The notes: a model not told the origin generated them from the letters alone. 60,094 nucleotides of DNA, filler included, from Squatina squatina (GCA_031763465.1; 4 parts of 4 records of this genome joined end to end with filler, not necessarily neighbours in it), one strand, 5' to 3'. Shown: positions 24,636 through 37,996, counted from the whole stretch's first letter. Translations and numbers: made by a program.

Positions 24636-24937
24636 CCTGCGCATGCGTAGTCCGATCTCCACTGGGGCTGCGCATGCGCAGTGCGTTCTTCGCCAGAACT
24701 GTGCATGCGCAGTGCGTTCTTCGCCAGAACTGTGCATGAGCAGTGCGTTCTTCGCCGGAACTGTGCATGAGCAGTGCGTTCTTCGCCGGAACTGCGCATA
24801 CGCAGTCAGTTCTTCTCCGGAACTGTGCATGAGCAGTGCGTTATTCGCCGGAACTGTGCATGCGCAGTGCGTTCTTCGCCGGAACTGTGCATGAGCAGTG
24901 CGTTCTTCGCCGGAACTGTGCATGCGCAATGTGCTCT
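24636..24937. repeat. 31-bp GC-rich minisatellite (~9-10 units, runs into a gap)
   Basis: Unit cagtgcgttcttcgccggaactgtgcatg(c/a)g recurs at 24679, 24710, 24741, 24772 and onward. Confidence 0.95.
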
Positions 24938-26869
24938 NNNNNNNNNNNNNNNNNNNNNNNNNNNNNNNNNNNNNNNNNNNNNNNNNNNNNNNNNNNNNNN
25001 NNNNNNNNNNNNNNNNNNNNNNNNNNNNNNNNNNNNNAAGTGCGGTGCCCAGAATTGGTCAAGTTTCAAGACAGAAATGACGGTGAACGCTGCCCGTTCG
25101 CCATCATCAGGACCGCCAGTTCCGAGCCACTATGCCGTTCGATGTGGTCCTTGCCTTGAAAAAGTGTCCAATAAAGCGTGGTGTGATATGCAACACTTCC
25201 ACGTCTGGTGCCAAAATATCCCTTCGGCCCCGAAAGGGTTAAACTGGCAAAGGGAAATGAATGCGGCAAAGAAGGGAGGGGAAACAGCAGCACAAGGGGA
25301 AGGAAATGAAATCTGATTTTAGAAAGCTGGATCTAGTTACGAGGTGTGAAATTAAACTCAGTCAGCTGTCCAAAGCTAATGAACTGGCTGCCAAAGAGCA
25401 CGAACACCACAACCAAAGTCAACTTTATTAGATATCGTCAAATGTTTGTGAGAACATAATGCAACTCAAGTACTGAGAGAATCAGGGATATTGTTAAATA
25501 TCCATTAGCATACAAACAAAATCATATTACTTGCACAGCACCATGCTATTTAAACAAAAAATGATGAAGTATCTCTCCTCACTTTAACTGGATGAGCACT
25601 GAATGTGTACTACTTTCAGAATACAATTTCCATCACAATGCCATTTGTTAAGATTATCTTTCAGACATTTTTCTTGATATTGCAAATCATAATGTAGAGT
25701 TAGAAATGTAAAAATTATGTTCATGAAATGAAGAGAAAGAAATGAATGATGTGGTTGAATAGCTTGCAAACACTCACATTGGGCGCTTGGGTGAGGCACC
25801 AATGGTTGAATCGTAGCCCGGTGGCGAGTCGGGAGGGGAAAGGAGACAAATCAGCAGAGGAAATTAGAGAGAANNNNNNNNNNNNNNNNNNNNNNNNNNN
25901 NNNNNNNNNNNNNNNNNNNNNNNNNNNNNNNNNNNNNNNNNNNNNNNNNNNNNNNNNNNNNNNNNNNNNNNNNGGCCTACGCATAGAGGCCCAGGAGCGC
26001 AGGTATCCGTACCTCCAGGACCATCAGGAAAGTTCATCGATTTTTTTGCTGGTTGGAGGCCTCCTCTCGCTGGAAGCCCTCCGACTGCAAATTCAGGGCC
26101 AATAACTTTCTCTCTCAGGTGCTGACCGAGCAGGCTGCGTACCTCCAACATTTTTATGCCTTGATTTCAGATTTCTCAGCACTCATAGCTCTGCTTTTTT
26201 TGTCTCCGGCAAATGCTCGATTCAGGTTTAAAAACTCAGGAAAGCCTTTTAAGTACANNNNNNNNNNTAACTGATATGCCTGTGTTCATGGATGGACAGA
26301 GAGTAAAATAAACAGATGGATGGGCAGATGGGGAGCAACTTAATATAAGTCTCGCTGTGCAGACTGATTAAAAATAATAAAAACTGGATTTCACATGGGA
26401 TCATTAGGGTTCGAGGGAGCAGCTTTACTGGTTGGTAGTGTTACCTGTTAACTTCCCGAGTCCCTTTGTGAAGTTCAATAGCAAAAATGCTGTCATCGCC
26501 ACTATTTAATTTACCTGCTCCAATGTCACCCACGACATCAGAAGCTTCATAAAATAAATGCAACCTTGTCCACTTCTGATCATTTTGACAAACCAATTTT
26601 CATTTAAGACTGTAAACATTATCCTAACATTTGCACTGAACTCGTCCACTGCTAAAGAAACCATTTGGTGTCGTTCCCACTTCGGTTTCTGGCCCCACAG
26701 AGACAGCAGATGGTCTCATTATCGCAGCTGTGGAATGTGAGTGTTAGCTGCAACAACTCGGAAGTGACATTTCAAGGGCAGTGTGCAATGAAAGTTATTG
26801 CACCAACCTGTTGCTGCAAGCAGTGCCCTATATACAAAGTGAAAAGGAAGAAAGGCTTGCAAATCATGA

Positions 26870-26975
26870 ATAAAAACAGAAAATGCTGGAAAAACTTAGC
26901 AGGTCAGGCAGCATCTGTGGAGAGGGAAACAGAGTCAACGTTTCAGGTCGATGGCCCTGCGGCAGAACTGGAAAA
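26870..26975 (-). mobile_element. Penelope-type terminal repeat fragment
   Basis: aaaaacagaaaatgctggaaaaacttagcaggtcaggcagcatctgtggagag, recalled as an abundant elasmobranch Penelope-associated end. Confidence 0.55.
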
Positions 26976-27194
26976 AGTTAAGAGATGATGATGAGGCTTC
27001 AAGGAACTTCATGACGCCTCTGGCCTCAAATAGTTTCCCATTGCACCTTTCCTGTGCAAGCGCAGGAGATGCAACACCTGCCCTTTTACGTCCTNNNNNN
27101 NNNNNNNNNNNNNNNNNNNNNNNNNNNNNNNNNNNNNNNNNNNNNNNNNNNNNNNNNNNNNNNNNNNNNNNNNNNNNNNNNNNNNNNNNNNNNN

Positions 27195-27285
27195 AAAAGT
27201 ACTTCATTGGCTGTAAAGCGCTTTGGGACGTCCTGAGGTCATGAAAGGCACTATATAAATGCAAGTCTGTCTTTCTTTCTTTCTT
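27195..27285 (+). mobile_element. Deu-domain SINE 3' tail
   Basis: aaaagtacttcattggctgtaaagcgctttgggacgtcctgagg...tataaatgcaagtc followed by a (TTTC)n tail. Confidence 0.8.
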
Positions 27286-28514
27286 TCCACACACTGCAGA
27301 AGCCCTCTTGTTATCTCACTCATTCTTCCTGTCGTCTGAACAGTGGGCGCCAGCTGGTTATTTGACTGCTGGGGGCATCACAGGCAAGCCTGTTCCTTTA
27401 ATTGTGGAGGGCACTGATCAGTGTAGAAACCCTGAATGATATTTCCACTTCCGACTGAGTCGTTGGGAATTTAAAAAAAAACACATGTGGTTTGTTCTCC
27501 CTTCACTCCAAACTCCATCAAAAGCTAACTTCAAGCTGGTTACTATAGTAACAGGATGTGCATTCCCATCACCGGGCATTGTCAGCACAGCAATACAAGC
27601 ATTATATTTAGGTCATTAAGAGAAGTAAAATGAGTTGCGGGCACCACTTTCACTTGTCTTCATTGGCATTAACAATTGAGACGACACGCTGCTCACTGTG
27701 ACATCTTTTTTGCCGTATTGACTTGTCAGCCAATCACTTCCCAGTGTCTCTGAATTGAAGTGGAACCAAAGCAAGTTAGTTCTGGCAAGTTCCAAGTAAT
27801 AAAAGGTGTCAAGACTGAGTGGGAAACAAAATTTTTGTGACAGATGAGGATTAATTAAGACATTTTCGCTATCAGCGAGGGCAAATCTAAATTGCAGATG
27901 TGAAACAGATTTATTCGCAAGAGGTCTGAATGATGCCAATTGGGAAATATAAATACAATTTTGAAATATTTAGTCATTATCTTTCCGTATTGCAATGCTT
28001 CAAAGAAAATTAGAATTTGGTAATGTGATTATAGATATTTGAATTGGTTTCTTATTTTTTTGTGATTTGCATATGGACACGGTCTCAAAGTCATAGTTGA
28101 TGAAACTGTCAGATTTTTAATCACTAGCCTTGGTGCTGAGGNNNNNNNNNNNNNNNNNNNNNNNNNNNNNNNNNNNNNNNNNNNNNNNNNNNNNNNNNNN
28201 NNNNNNNNNNNNNNNNNNNNNNNNNNNNNNNNNNNNNNNNNGGAAAATTTCCCCATATAAATCAAAATTAGGAGAGCCCCTTGTGCCACGGTAGTGTACA
28301 TCCGCTAATTCTCTATTTTACTTTCAAGACAAAATGGGGTAAATTTTCGAGGTTAGAACCCCCAGCACAAGCATTGCCCAACTTGAACATATTAACAAAC
28401 TGGTTTTACAGCCCACACATTTTTCCGCATATTTTGTACCAGAATTCCTGATATGTGCTCTTGTTGTGCACTATCAGGAGCACTAATTGATAAGATCTGC
28501 TTTGACATACGTAT

Positions 28515-28725
28515 TTCCTGGCTAACATTTATCCCTCAATCAACTCCACCAAAAACAGATCTCACTGCAGTTTTTAGGTCCTCGTTATGCAAAAACTGAC
28601 TGCTGTGTTTCCCTAAATTACAACAGCGACTACACTTCAAAAGCACCTCATTGGCTGGGAAGCGCTTTGGGATGTCCTGAGGAGCCTGTGGAAGGAGCGG
28701 TCTAAATGCGCGATCTTTCTCTCTT
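28515..28725 (+). mobile_element. Deu-domain SINE 3' half
   Basis: cctggctaacatttatccctcaa...actacacttcaaaagcacctcattggctg...gcgctttgggatgtcctgagg. Confidence 0.75.
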
Positions 28726-29635
28726 TACCAATAAAACCTATGTCGGAAATTCCGACTGAGAGCTGAAGGTAACCACCACCTGGCATGTGCCACTGGAGTA
28801 AAAGTATTTTCCTTTATATTACTCTTGATATTTGCCTCATTGCAATTCTACTAAACCATTTATTTAATGAAGAGAGAAGTGTAATGGAAAGAATAAACTC
28901 CAAGGAATAAAGTCCAACCAATGTGGCTTCGAGCAGCTGTGCTGGTGCCTCGCAACAAAATGAGCCCAATGATATTCAGACACAAGCCACAACACAATCA
29001 TATTGCTTAATTATAGTCTAACACTCATTGCCTAATAGATTAAAATTGATTGTCTGACTGTGCTCACATCTTCTGGGAGAAAGCAACTAATACGTTTAAA
29101 GTGCAGCAACCAATTAGACTGCTATTTGCACAATTGGCCGGTAGGAAACAGGCCAACACTTGCGTACAACTAGACACTTCTGATAGTAGGGTGGGAGCGT
29201 GTAATTTCTTACACTAATGTGGATAAGGCTGGCTGTAATTGACAGGCACTTACGATACATCACCAAGCCATTTTGTATCTTTCTTCACAATCCAACGGGA
29301 TGTCAGATCAAACGGTCGGCGCTCAACAAATCTTCTCGACATGTGGATCATTAAACTTAGCAAGCTGCTGCTCATNNNNNNNNNNNNNNNNNNNNNNNNN
29401 NNNNNNNNNNNNNNNNNNNNNNNNNNNNNNNNNNNNNNNNNNNNNNNNNNNNNNNNNNNNNNNNNNNNNNNNNNNTGTGATTCTATGATAGAAATTCTAT
29501 GCATTTAGTGTCAAGCCTACATTGCCACTCCATTAGTGTCAGGACAATATTATTGCTCTACAACTCCCAGACAGTGTTTTGAAAAGACTCTGGCACACTT
29601 GCCTATTGAACTTGTAGAAAGAATTCAATGATTAC

Positions 29636-29849
29636 CTCCTGCAGAATCCTCTTCAGTTTTAGAAGCATTGTCTTTACTGCTGTGCAGTCCTGCATCATCA
29701 ACCGCAAGGACATGGCTTCCAGGCCACCACCATTCTCCTCCTCCCTCAAAAGGGACCAATCTGAGGACGTAGCACTGGGCCAATGGCTGCTCCGTAGAGG
29801 TCTCGATTCACAATGCTCACCTTCTTTTGAACACTGGACAAACGGAGGC
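29636..29849 (-). CDS. CCSER1: Serine-rich coiled-coil domain protein 1, internal exon
   Basis: 214-bp exon with acceptor tgtttctttag and donor gtaatc. Encodes ...DWSLLREEENGGGLEAMSLRLMMQDCTAVKTMLLKLKRILQE. QDCTAVKT.LLK is the CCSER family signature; DW..EENGG and the LQE end favour CCSER1 over CCSER2. Confidence 0.85.
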
Positions 29850-30410
29850 CTAAAGAAACAGACATGATAAAAAGTGCTGGTCAAAAAAAAAACATCTGTA
29901 CAGAATCAATTAACAAAACTGTTTGGAATGATGGTTTCACTGAGTTAGCAACGTCGACTTGTCATAAACACAGAGCTCACAGCACAGAAACAGGCCATTC
30001 GGCCCAGCTGGTCCATGCCAATCTTCCTCCTCTTTTAAGACTAAAGTGTGCTGCAAATTGCAGGTCAGTTATGGTGCCTCAATGTGGCACAGTTTTCAGA
30101 TTATATCAATGCAGAAAACTACAGTACAAGTCACAGATTTAAGTGTGTCGTTAGTATTCTCAACTGGCATCAGCTCAAGGCAAGAGTCTGTTTGGGCCTC
30201 ACAATGGTCTCCGTTAATTCCAATTTGCGTGAAGCCGTATTTATTTTTTTCTTCAAGAGTAAAGTTTCTAAAGATTTCCGATGCCTAACTTTACATTACA
30301 TAGAATTCCATAGGGTATACAGCACTGGAATAAGCCATTCGGCCCAACCAGTCCATGCCGGCGTTTATGCTCCACTCGAGCCTCCTCCCGTCTTTCCTCA
30401 TCTAAATCTA

Positions 30411-30510
30411 NNNNNNNNNNNNNNNNNNNNNNNNNNNNNNNNNNNNNNNNNNNNTTAATTAATTAANNNNNNNNNNNNNNNNNNNNNNNNNNNNNNNNNN
30501 NNNNNNNNNN
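30411..30510. other. Artificial scaffold linker (44 N + TTAATTAATTAA + 44 N)
   Basis: Identical to the linker at 16510-16609. Confidence 0.95.
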
Positions 30511-31704
30511 TGGAGTAGAGTTCTGTTTTACAGCAGAGCAAGGGGAGAATGATGGGCTCAATAAGAGATGAGCAATGCATGCATTCCATGTTGCCTTCAG
30601 TATTATTAAAATATAACAGTTTATATGAACTGACTTTCCAGAAAATACCAGTCGAAGAGATCATTCTCCATTATAGTCTTTAGTGATTTGTTACGATTAA
30701 ATTAAAAAAGGGCTCTTACAAAACACTGCTTATATTAAACAGTTACAGTTGACTCTTAATTCAAAGCCAAATTACTGGATCATTAAAAAAAACTGCTGCT
30801 AACATTGCTATTTTAATTACATGGGTTAATTTGCATTAGTGGATAATTTAAATAATTGTGCAATAAACAACTGCATTATCAAGAATAAACTATAAAGTAA
30901 TATGAAACATATTTATTAATGAAAACATACAAATATTAAGGTCGCATAAAATATGCAAACCTTATTTGTGTTTTTAAAGTCCACTATGTCTTTAATTTAA
31001 ATAGATGTGTGGGTGATTTACAGGTTATTCACATTTACTGGATAACAGGTGGCAATGCCATAATCCAATTAAGCCATTTCAAAACAAATCACAAATAGAT
31101 GACTATATTAATAGAAGGCAAAAGCCTTTACTTCTGGATCTAACCATTTCATCAGTGTATTAAGATGCTTTACTCTACAGCCACAATGACAATTCACAAA
31201 ATTCAACTTTAGGACTGCACAGGCTGCAGGGTCAAACAGCTCACCAGAAAAGAGCATCGTGCACTCTTTAAATCAAACCCTACTCAAATGGGCAAGGTAC
31301 AGGGTCAGGGAAGCAACACGCCACGAGGCGATTTCTCAGCAAGTTGTTCACATCAGAATCACTGTAAGTGATGTGTCTGGAAGCAGAGCAGCAGAGCTGA
31401 GAACAACCTGGGTGTGAGTCACAGAGTATTAGGGCAAGGTCTCTCCACCAGGAATGAGGACTTTGATTGCTTTTGACTCATGTCATCTCTTGTGCCATCA
31501 AATACAAAACACAACCAAGAAGCAAACAACTGTACTATAAATGAGCTCTTTAGTNNNNNNNNNNNNNNNNNNNNNNNNNNNNNNNNNNNNNNNNNNNNNN
31601 NNNNNNNNNNNNNNNNNNNNNNNNNNNNNNNNNNNNNNNNNNNNNNNNNNNNNNATCATTAACAGGGACTATCAATGTCCATAAATACTATAAACAAATA
31701 TGTG

Positions 31705-31825
31705 TGTATATTTCTACATTGCAACAGTGATTACACTTCAAAAAGATACTTCATTGGCTGTAAAGCACTTTGGAATGTCTGGTGGCCGTGAAAGGCGTTA
31801 TAGAAATGCAAGTCTTTCTTTTTTA
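31705..31825 (+). mobile_element. Deu-domain SINE 3' tail
   Basis: ctacattgcaacagtgattacacttcaaaa...ttcattggctgtaaagcactttgg...gtgaaaggcgttatagaaatgcaagtctttc. Confidence 0.8.
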
Positions 31826-32751
31826 TTCATGAGAGCCAACTTGTTATAAAAGTTTAAAACAACATTGATTTTTACCGTTTTCTTGAAGAACAAACTTGAG
31901 AATTCAAACTGATTAGCAGATATCTGATTGTCAGTCACCTGANNNNNNNNNNAAACACATACTAACAATTTGATAATTATGATAATTAAAGTAGCAGGAA
32001 AATGTAGATTACTCATTATTACTTGCAGTAAATCACAGCCTATTCAACCTGGAAAATCAGAAGGAAAATGCCTGTCCCGTCAGGGGATTTTCTGGCTGGA
32101 ATCCAACTGACCTTCCTTTCAAAAACTTTCTAAGAAGGCGTTTCAGTTTAAGGTGATATGTTGATTTAAAATTATTTAGGTGCCATTTCATTTATGTTGA
32201 AAAGGAATAGAGGACACCTNNNNNNNNNNNNNNNNNNNNNNNNNNNNNNNNNNNNNNNNNNNNNNNNNNNNNNNNNNNNNNNNNNNNNNNNNNNNNNNNN
32301 NNNNNNNNNNNNNNNNNNNAGCAAGGACTCACTTTTATAACTGGTCCTTTGTATTCAGCACAAGAGAAATATCTAGTACAGTCTGAAAATCGTAACAGCA
32401 GCCATATGCCCATTAAATCCACCACTGCTTCAGTCAGTGCTCTACTAAAACTTTGAAATCTTTTGTTTCTTTGTTTAACTAAGAACTTTGTTCTTTGTAT
32501 GACTGAATAATGAACTCAAATTTTGTCATTCCCTCCCCCATATCATGAACTGCATGATTTTCTTTGCCCTTTAATGGATTTAATTAACAGAAAGAGAAAA
32601 ATTCCATCTTAAAAGTTTCATACATTGTAATTCTTTAAAAAAAATATAATCGGCTATCTTCTTTGTTTTCAAATAATGGGGAGACATTGNNNNNNNNNNT
32701 TTACAATTTTGCAACAATTAACAAATAAAGGAAATTGTTCTCTATGATATA

Positions 32752-34340
32752 GTTCTAAAGGCTTTTATTATTGGATTATTTAAATATGTATATGTTTAAA
32801 TTGATGGCTAGCAGGTCAAGTAATCAGATACCTAACTGTAATTTGTAACTAAATACCAATTTATCAGATTTACCTGACATTGTGGGATTATTCTCAAACC
32901 ACTGTACAGTGTCTTCTTGGTTCTTGGGGGCAAATGGGCTAATGTAACAACATAAAGTAAGAAAGTTAGAAGTATTCCAGGTTTCGCGCCATGCTTATAC
33001 TACAGATAAATTACAAAATTATGGTTGATATTAACTCATTACACAAGATCATATGCAAATAAAAATGGGATTATCTCCAGGTATAATTTTCAACTTGGGT
33101 GCTGTCACTTTCAGGGCATGTTTTTTTAAAAAATAATTGTTACCTACAACTGGTATATCTTTTCTTGTTAACATGTGTCTACATGTTGGGAAAACTATGA
33201 AGAAAGTGCAGAAGGTTCAAAATGGGTACAGCATCACTTTGAATAACATGGGTAGAACATTAAAGATTGATTACCAATATTGAGATTGTCCTTGGCTCTT
33301 AGTTGCTAGTGCCATCTGAAAGTTTTTCTGTTGTTGGATTCCACTTAACTCAGGGTTTTTCTAAAAAAATAATTTTTTATTAAGACAAGTTATTAATTGT
33401 TCATAATTTTTATTTAATGTTTACTTAATTTGTACAACAGATAAACAGTGCCTCAGTGACTGAGATACAGTCAGCACCTGTTAAGTGAATAACCTTAGTT
33501 AGCAGGAACTGACAGTAACATTTTAGTGGCTTTTCATTGTAGGACACATTCCATACTTTGAATTACTAAGTTATTAGAGCATAAGAAGATATAGAGTGGC
33601 AGAAAGTCACTTTGGCCCATCAAGACAACTCCATGGCACTGTTTATCTGTTGTGTGATTATAAGTATGATTTGTAAGCGTTAAACAAAAATTATGAAAAA
33701 TTAAAAACTTGTCTTAATATAAATACAATTATTTTTTTAGAAGAACCCTGAGGTAAGTGGAATCCAACAGAAAAAAGTTGCAATTATGAACCAAGGACAT
33801 CTCAGTATTGGTAACACCTTTTTGTGGTTCTGCCCATGTTATTCAAAATAAGTGCTGGATCTATTTTGAATCTTTTGCACGTTGTCCATCCTGTTCTTGC
33901 CACATGTAGACACACATTAAGCAAGAAAACATACACTTATTTTTAAAATAAAAATGTACGTCTGGTACACAGCATCCAATTTGACAATTATACTTGTAAA
34001 GAACTTCATTTTTATTTGCATATAATCTTGTGTAATCATTAATATCAATTATAATTTTGTAACTTATCTGCAATATAAGCTTTGCGTGAAACCTGGACTG
34101 TTTCTAACTTTCTTGCTTTATATTGTTCCATTAGTCCATCTGTTCCCAAGGACCACGCAGATACTATTCAATGGTTGGAGTATAATTCCACAATGTCAGG
34201 TATATCTGCTGTATCCGTATTTAGTTACGATTTACAGTTAGGTAACTGTTTACATGATCATTTCACCATCAATTTAAACATATACATCGTTTAAATATTA
34301 AATTTGGGACTAGTTTGACTTAATAAGCTTAAAGAATTCA
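32752..34340. repeat. Long diverged inverted repeat (foldback); arms ~32752-33452 and 33635-~34340, spacer 182 bp
   Basis: Collinear reverse-complement blocks: acaacagataaacagtgcc/ggcactgtttatctgttgt; ttggattccacttaactcaggg/ccctgaggtaagtggaatccaa; cattacacaagatcatatgcaaataaaaatg/catttttatttgcatataatcttgtgtaatc; atgtatatgtttaaattgatgg/ccatcaatttaaacatatacat. Confidence 0.92.
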
Positions 34341-36824
34341 AATAAAGACTGAAAATTANNNNNNNNNNNNNNNNNNNNNNNNNNNNNNNNNNNNNNNNNN
34401 NNNNNNNNNNNNNNNNNNNNNNNNNNNNNNNNNNNNNNNNNNNNNNNNNNNNNNNNNNAGCATTTGATTTGCTTGGCTGCTACAGCATTGATTGTAAACA
34501 TGTGGAAATAATGTAGGCAATAAAAAGGAGTAGAATGCCAGTTATTAACATACCGTTATCCAATAATATTAACAATTCTAGCAATACCAATAATATACAC
34601 AGTACACTAGCTGCAGAATGTCTTTAATCGACAAATATCTTATGGATACCTGCCAATTCTAAGATGAAAAGTGCAGACAATATATATAGCACATTTTACA
34701 TATTTCTTGATACATATAAAATATTTTGCAACTGTTGCATTATTAAAGGCCACTTTAGTAATAAATGTGGTTCGTTTGAACCTGTATATCTTCTGTACTT
34801 TAAAACATGCTCATTCTATATATTTGAAGATGCAGTGCTTACATCGATCAGCATAATCCCGCTGAAGTATTTTGCAGTGAAAATATTACAGAAAACAAAA
34901 TAGGAAAAATATATTTAGTACCATCTCAGAGTTCCTATAGGAAGATGTTTGCTTGCCTCGTAATAATGAAATGAGAAATAAAACGCGATTCAATAATTGT
35001 TAGGACTGGGTGAGTAATTTTGGTGAAAAACAAATCTTTGTCCTTTTTGAAAACCACCATCCTGAACTCGAAACCGTCAGTCCACCACGGTGCATTACTT
35101 TGCTCCAAGCAGGTTGTGTCCTTTTTAAACTGCGGTTTCATATATTTTTTTAAACTGACCGTTTGTTAGAGCTGAAGCAGCTGCCATCAGACTAGACACT
35201 TGGCGTTCATGCATCAGCGACTCGTGTTGGATTGTACAATAGTTTAATGCACTGAAGGCATTGCCAGAACCTCGGAAATCACTCGAAGTGGCTGGAAGGG
35301 ATATCTTCAATTCAACTGTACAGAACTGTGAAAATAATATAAACATATGCCTTAAGAAGGCTCTTCATTTCGACCAAGCCGGATAGTTTTTTTTAATCCA
35401 AAGGCTTCAGATTTATAATGTTTTCTAACTGGAAGCAGCAACATTCTCCATCCCCATCCTCCTCCCCATCCGGAATTTTGGAAGCGAATGTTGAAGAGTT
35501 TACAGCTCTAGGAATTCCGTTATTTAATCTTCAAAAGTAGGTTAACGCAACGGGTCACAGCATTCAAATGAAACCGCAAAGAATGGCTACAGTTCAAAAT
35601 ACCTCAGATCATTTATAATAGAATTTAATTNNNNNNNNNNTGTTCCGGTGTGGACATCTATGCCAATTGTACATGTAGAATGGATGTATTACATTGAACT
35701 TGACTGTTTAGCTTTAAGAAAATACTTAATTTTTCCGGAAGTCTTTGCTATCACCAGGTTAAATGTGAGGAAACAAATCTATTTATCTTGCTAGCCTTCA
35801 GTTTGGTATAATTGTTCCAGTATCCACAAATCTCAGGTTTTGCAGCCAATGCTTTGCAATACTGTGGGACAAATGGGCATAAAAGTGTAGTACTAATCAC
35901 GGAGAAATTGACCAAAGCAATGCAATATTTTACACGTTTGGATCGCTGCACGATGCATATTATTAGAATTTAAATACAAATATACACACTGAACCAAGAT
36001 TGGAGAGAATTGAAATTTGTCACGAGGGAATATTTCAGACTGATCCATATATTATTTGTATGATATATGAATCTTACATCCGTAAAACGCCTGCATTATG
36101 ATCTATAGATGACGGAGCGAATACCAAGTTCCCTTCCCTTTTACCAATTAATCACGGGTCTGTGGCTTCTAATTTGAACCGGCAGAGGCAAGAAAAGATA
36201 AATGAGGGGAGAGTGGTGCACAGAGAATCGCAGGTCTGTGTTTGAATGCTGTCCCCCGCCCCCGGGGACTCCCAAGCTTAAAATATACAAGTGTTTTCAA
36301 ATGGCCTATTTATGTCGCAACAGTTTTTCCACAGCCAGTTTGTTGTCCGAGGGCGCAAATGTTGTGGAAACTGCACCCCCACCCGGCAAGCACTGCAACA
36401 AGAAAAACAGTTGCAGAGTTCTGCCAAGCTTCCAAAAATCTGCATGAATGGGCTGGCCAGCACATTTTGGGAAAACAAACCCCCGCATCATTAACTTGTG
36501 TAGCCGAACCGATCCTTTTAGCAGTCAGAAAAGTAGCAGTGTCTGCCCCCTGAGGCAATGTTTGCTTGCTGGCGCAGATGGGGCACTGCCCCTGNNNNNN
36601 NNNNNNNNNNNNNNNNNNNNNNNNNNNNNNNNNNNNNNNNNNNNNNNNNNNNNNNNNNNNNNNNNNNNNNNNNNNNNNNNNNNNNNNNNNNNNNGTTCCC
36701 TTCCCTTTTACCAATTTTATCCGTGCCGTCAATTTTTCATTTCCTACGTTCTGTTAGATCGATCAAATACAGAAACGAAGGTCAGCATGTTTGCTTTTCC
36801 AACAAGCGTGCTGTTTCTTTGGAG

Positions 36825-36925
36825 GTGATGAAATCTTACCCTTGCTTCTGGTTGATTGGCAAACTTGACAGTGATTGACAGGCAGCCATGGCAACCAGGC
36901 ACCGAATCTGCCAAGTCCAATAGAA
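36825..36925 (+). promoter_or_regulatory. Putative SIX6 proximal promoter element
   Basis: Motif cluster ~700 bp (gap included) upstream of the SIX6 ATG: ATTGG (36855), TGACAG (36866), PBX-MEIS/PREP decamer TGATTGACAG (36872-36881), RFX X-box-like GCCATGGCAAC (36885-36895) and CCAAT (36917). Confidence 0.6.
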
Positions 36926-37588
36926 AATCAGATGTGGGCTGAATGCTTTTTCCCCCCTTTTAACAGCATCTCATCATCGCAACCGCAAAGGATCTACTGC
37001 TAACCCTGGCACTTGGAGCACCAAGTTCATATTTGGTGGAATTTATCGATACCAGTGAGATCACATTCATGGTGTGTCTCCCTGATGACAAAGGCTATTG
37101 ATTTTCGAATAGCAAAATATTCCAAGCTTACCTCAACGATGCTGTGCGGTTTATTCACTTGTCTACACAGCTGCCTATATTGATTTCAGGAAGCTTTCCC
37201 AATTTCCAAACGATCAGAATGCATCACAAATGCTCCCTGGATGAAAGCTGCTTCCTCAAAGTTCAATATTCCTCTAGTGTGAAGAATTGCTTTCCACAGA
37301 AAAATCCATTTTTCAATAGTTGGGTGCTTCCCTCGGAACAATTGGAATTAAGACACAATTTCCTTAAGTTCGAGCCACTGTTGTAATAGAGGCAGAACAA
37401 CAGATTATTTTGTAGTCGATTGAGTGGCTTACAACAACAACTTGCATTTATCTAGCACCTTTAACATAGAAAAAACATCCCAAGTGNNNNNNNNNNNNNN
37501 NNNNNNNNNNNNNNNNNNNNNNNNNNNNNNNNNNNNNNNNNNNNNNNNNNNNNNNNNNNNNNNNNNNNNNNNNNNNNNNNNNNNNNTT

Positions 37589-37996
<408 letters not shown>

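Noticed and set aside
24636-24937. 31-bp repeats as a CRISPR array or repetitive protein
   Set aside because: Units are head-to-tail with no unique spacers, there are no cas genes, the context is vertebrate, and the ORFs merely translate the repeat.
27616-27939. 107-aa minus-strand ORF
   Set aside because: No recognisable domain or splice signals; more likely non-coding.
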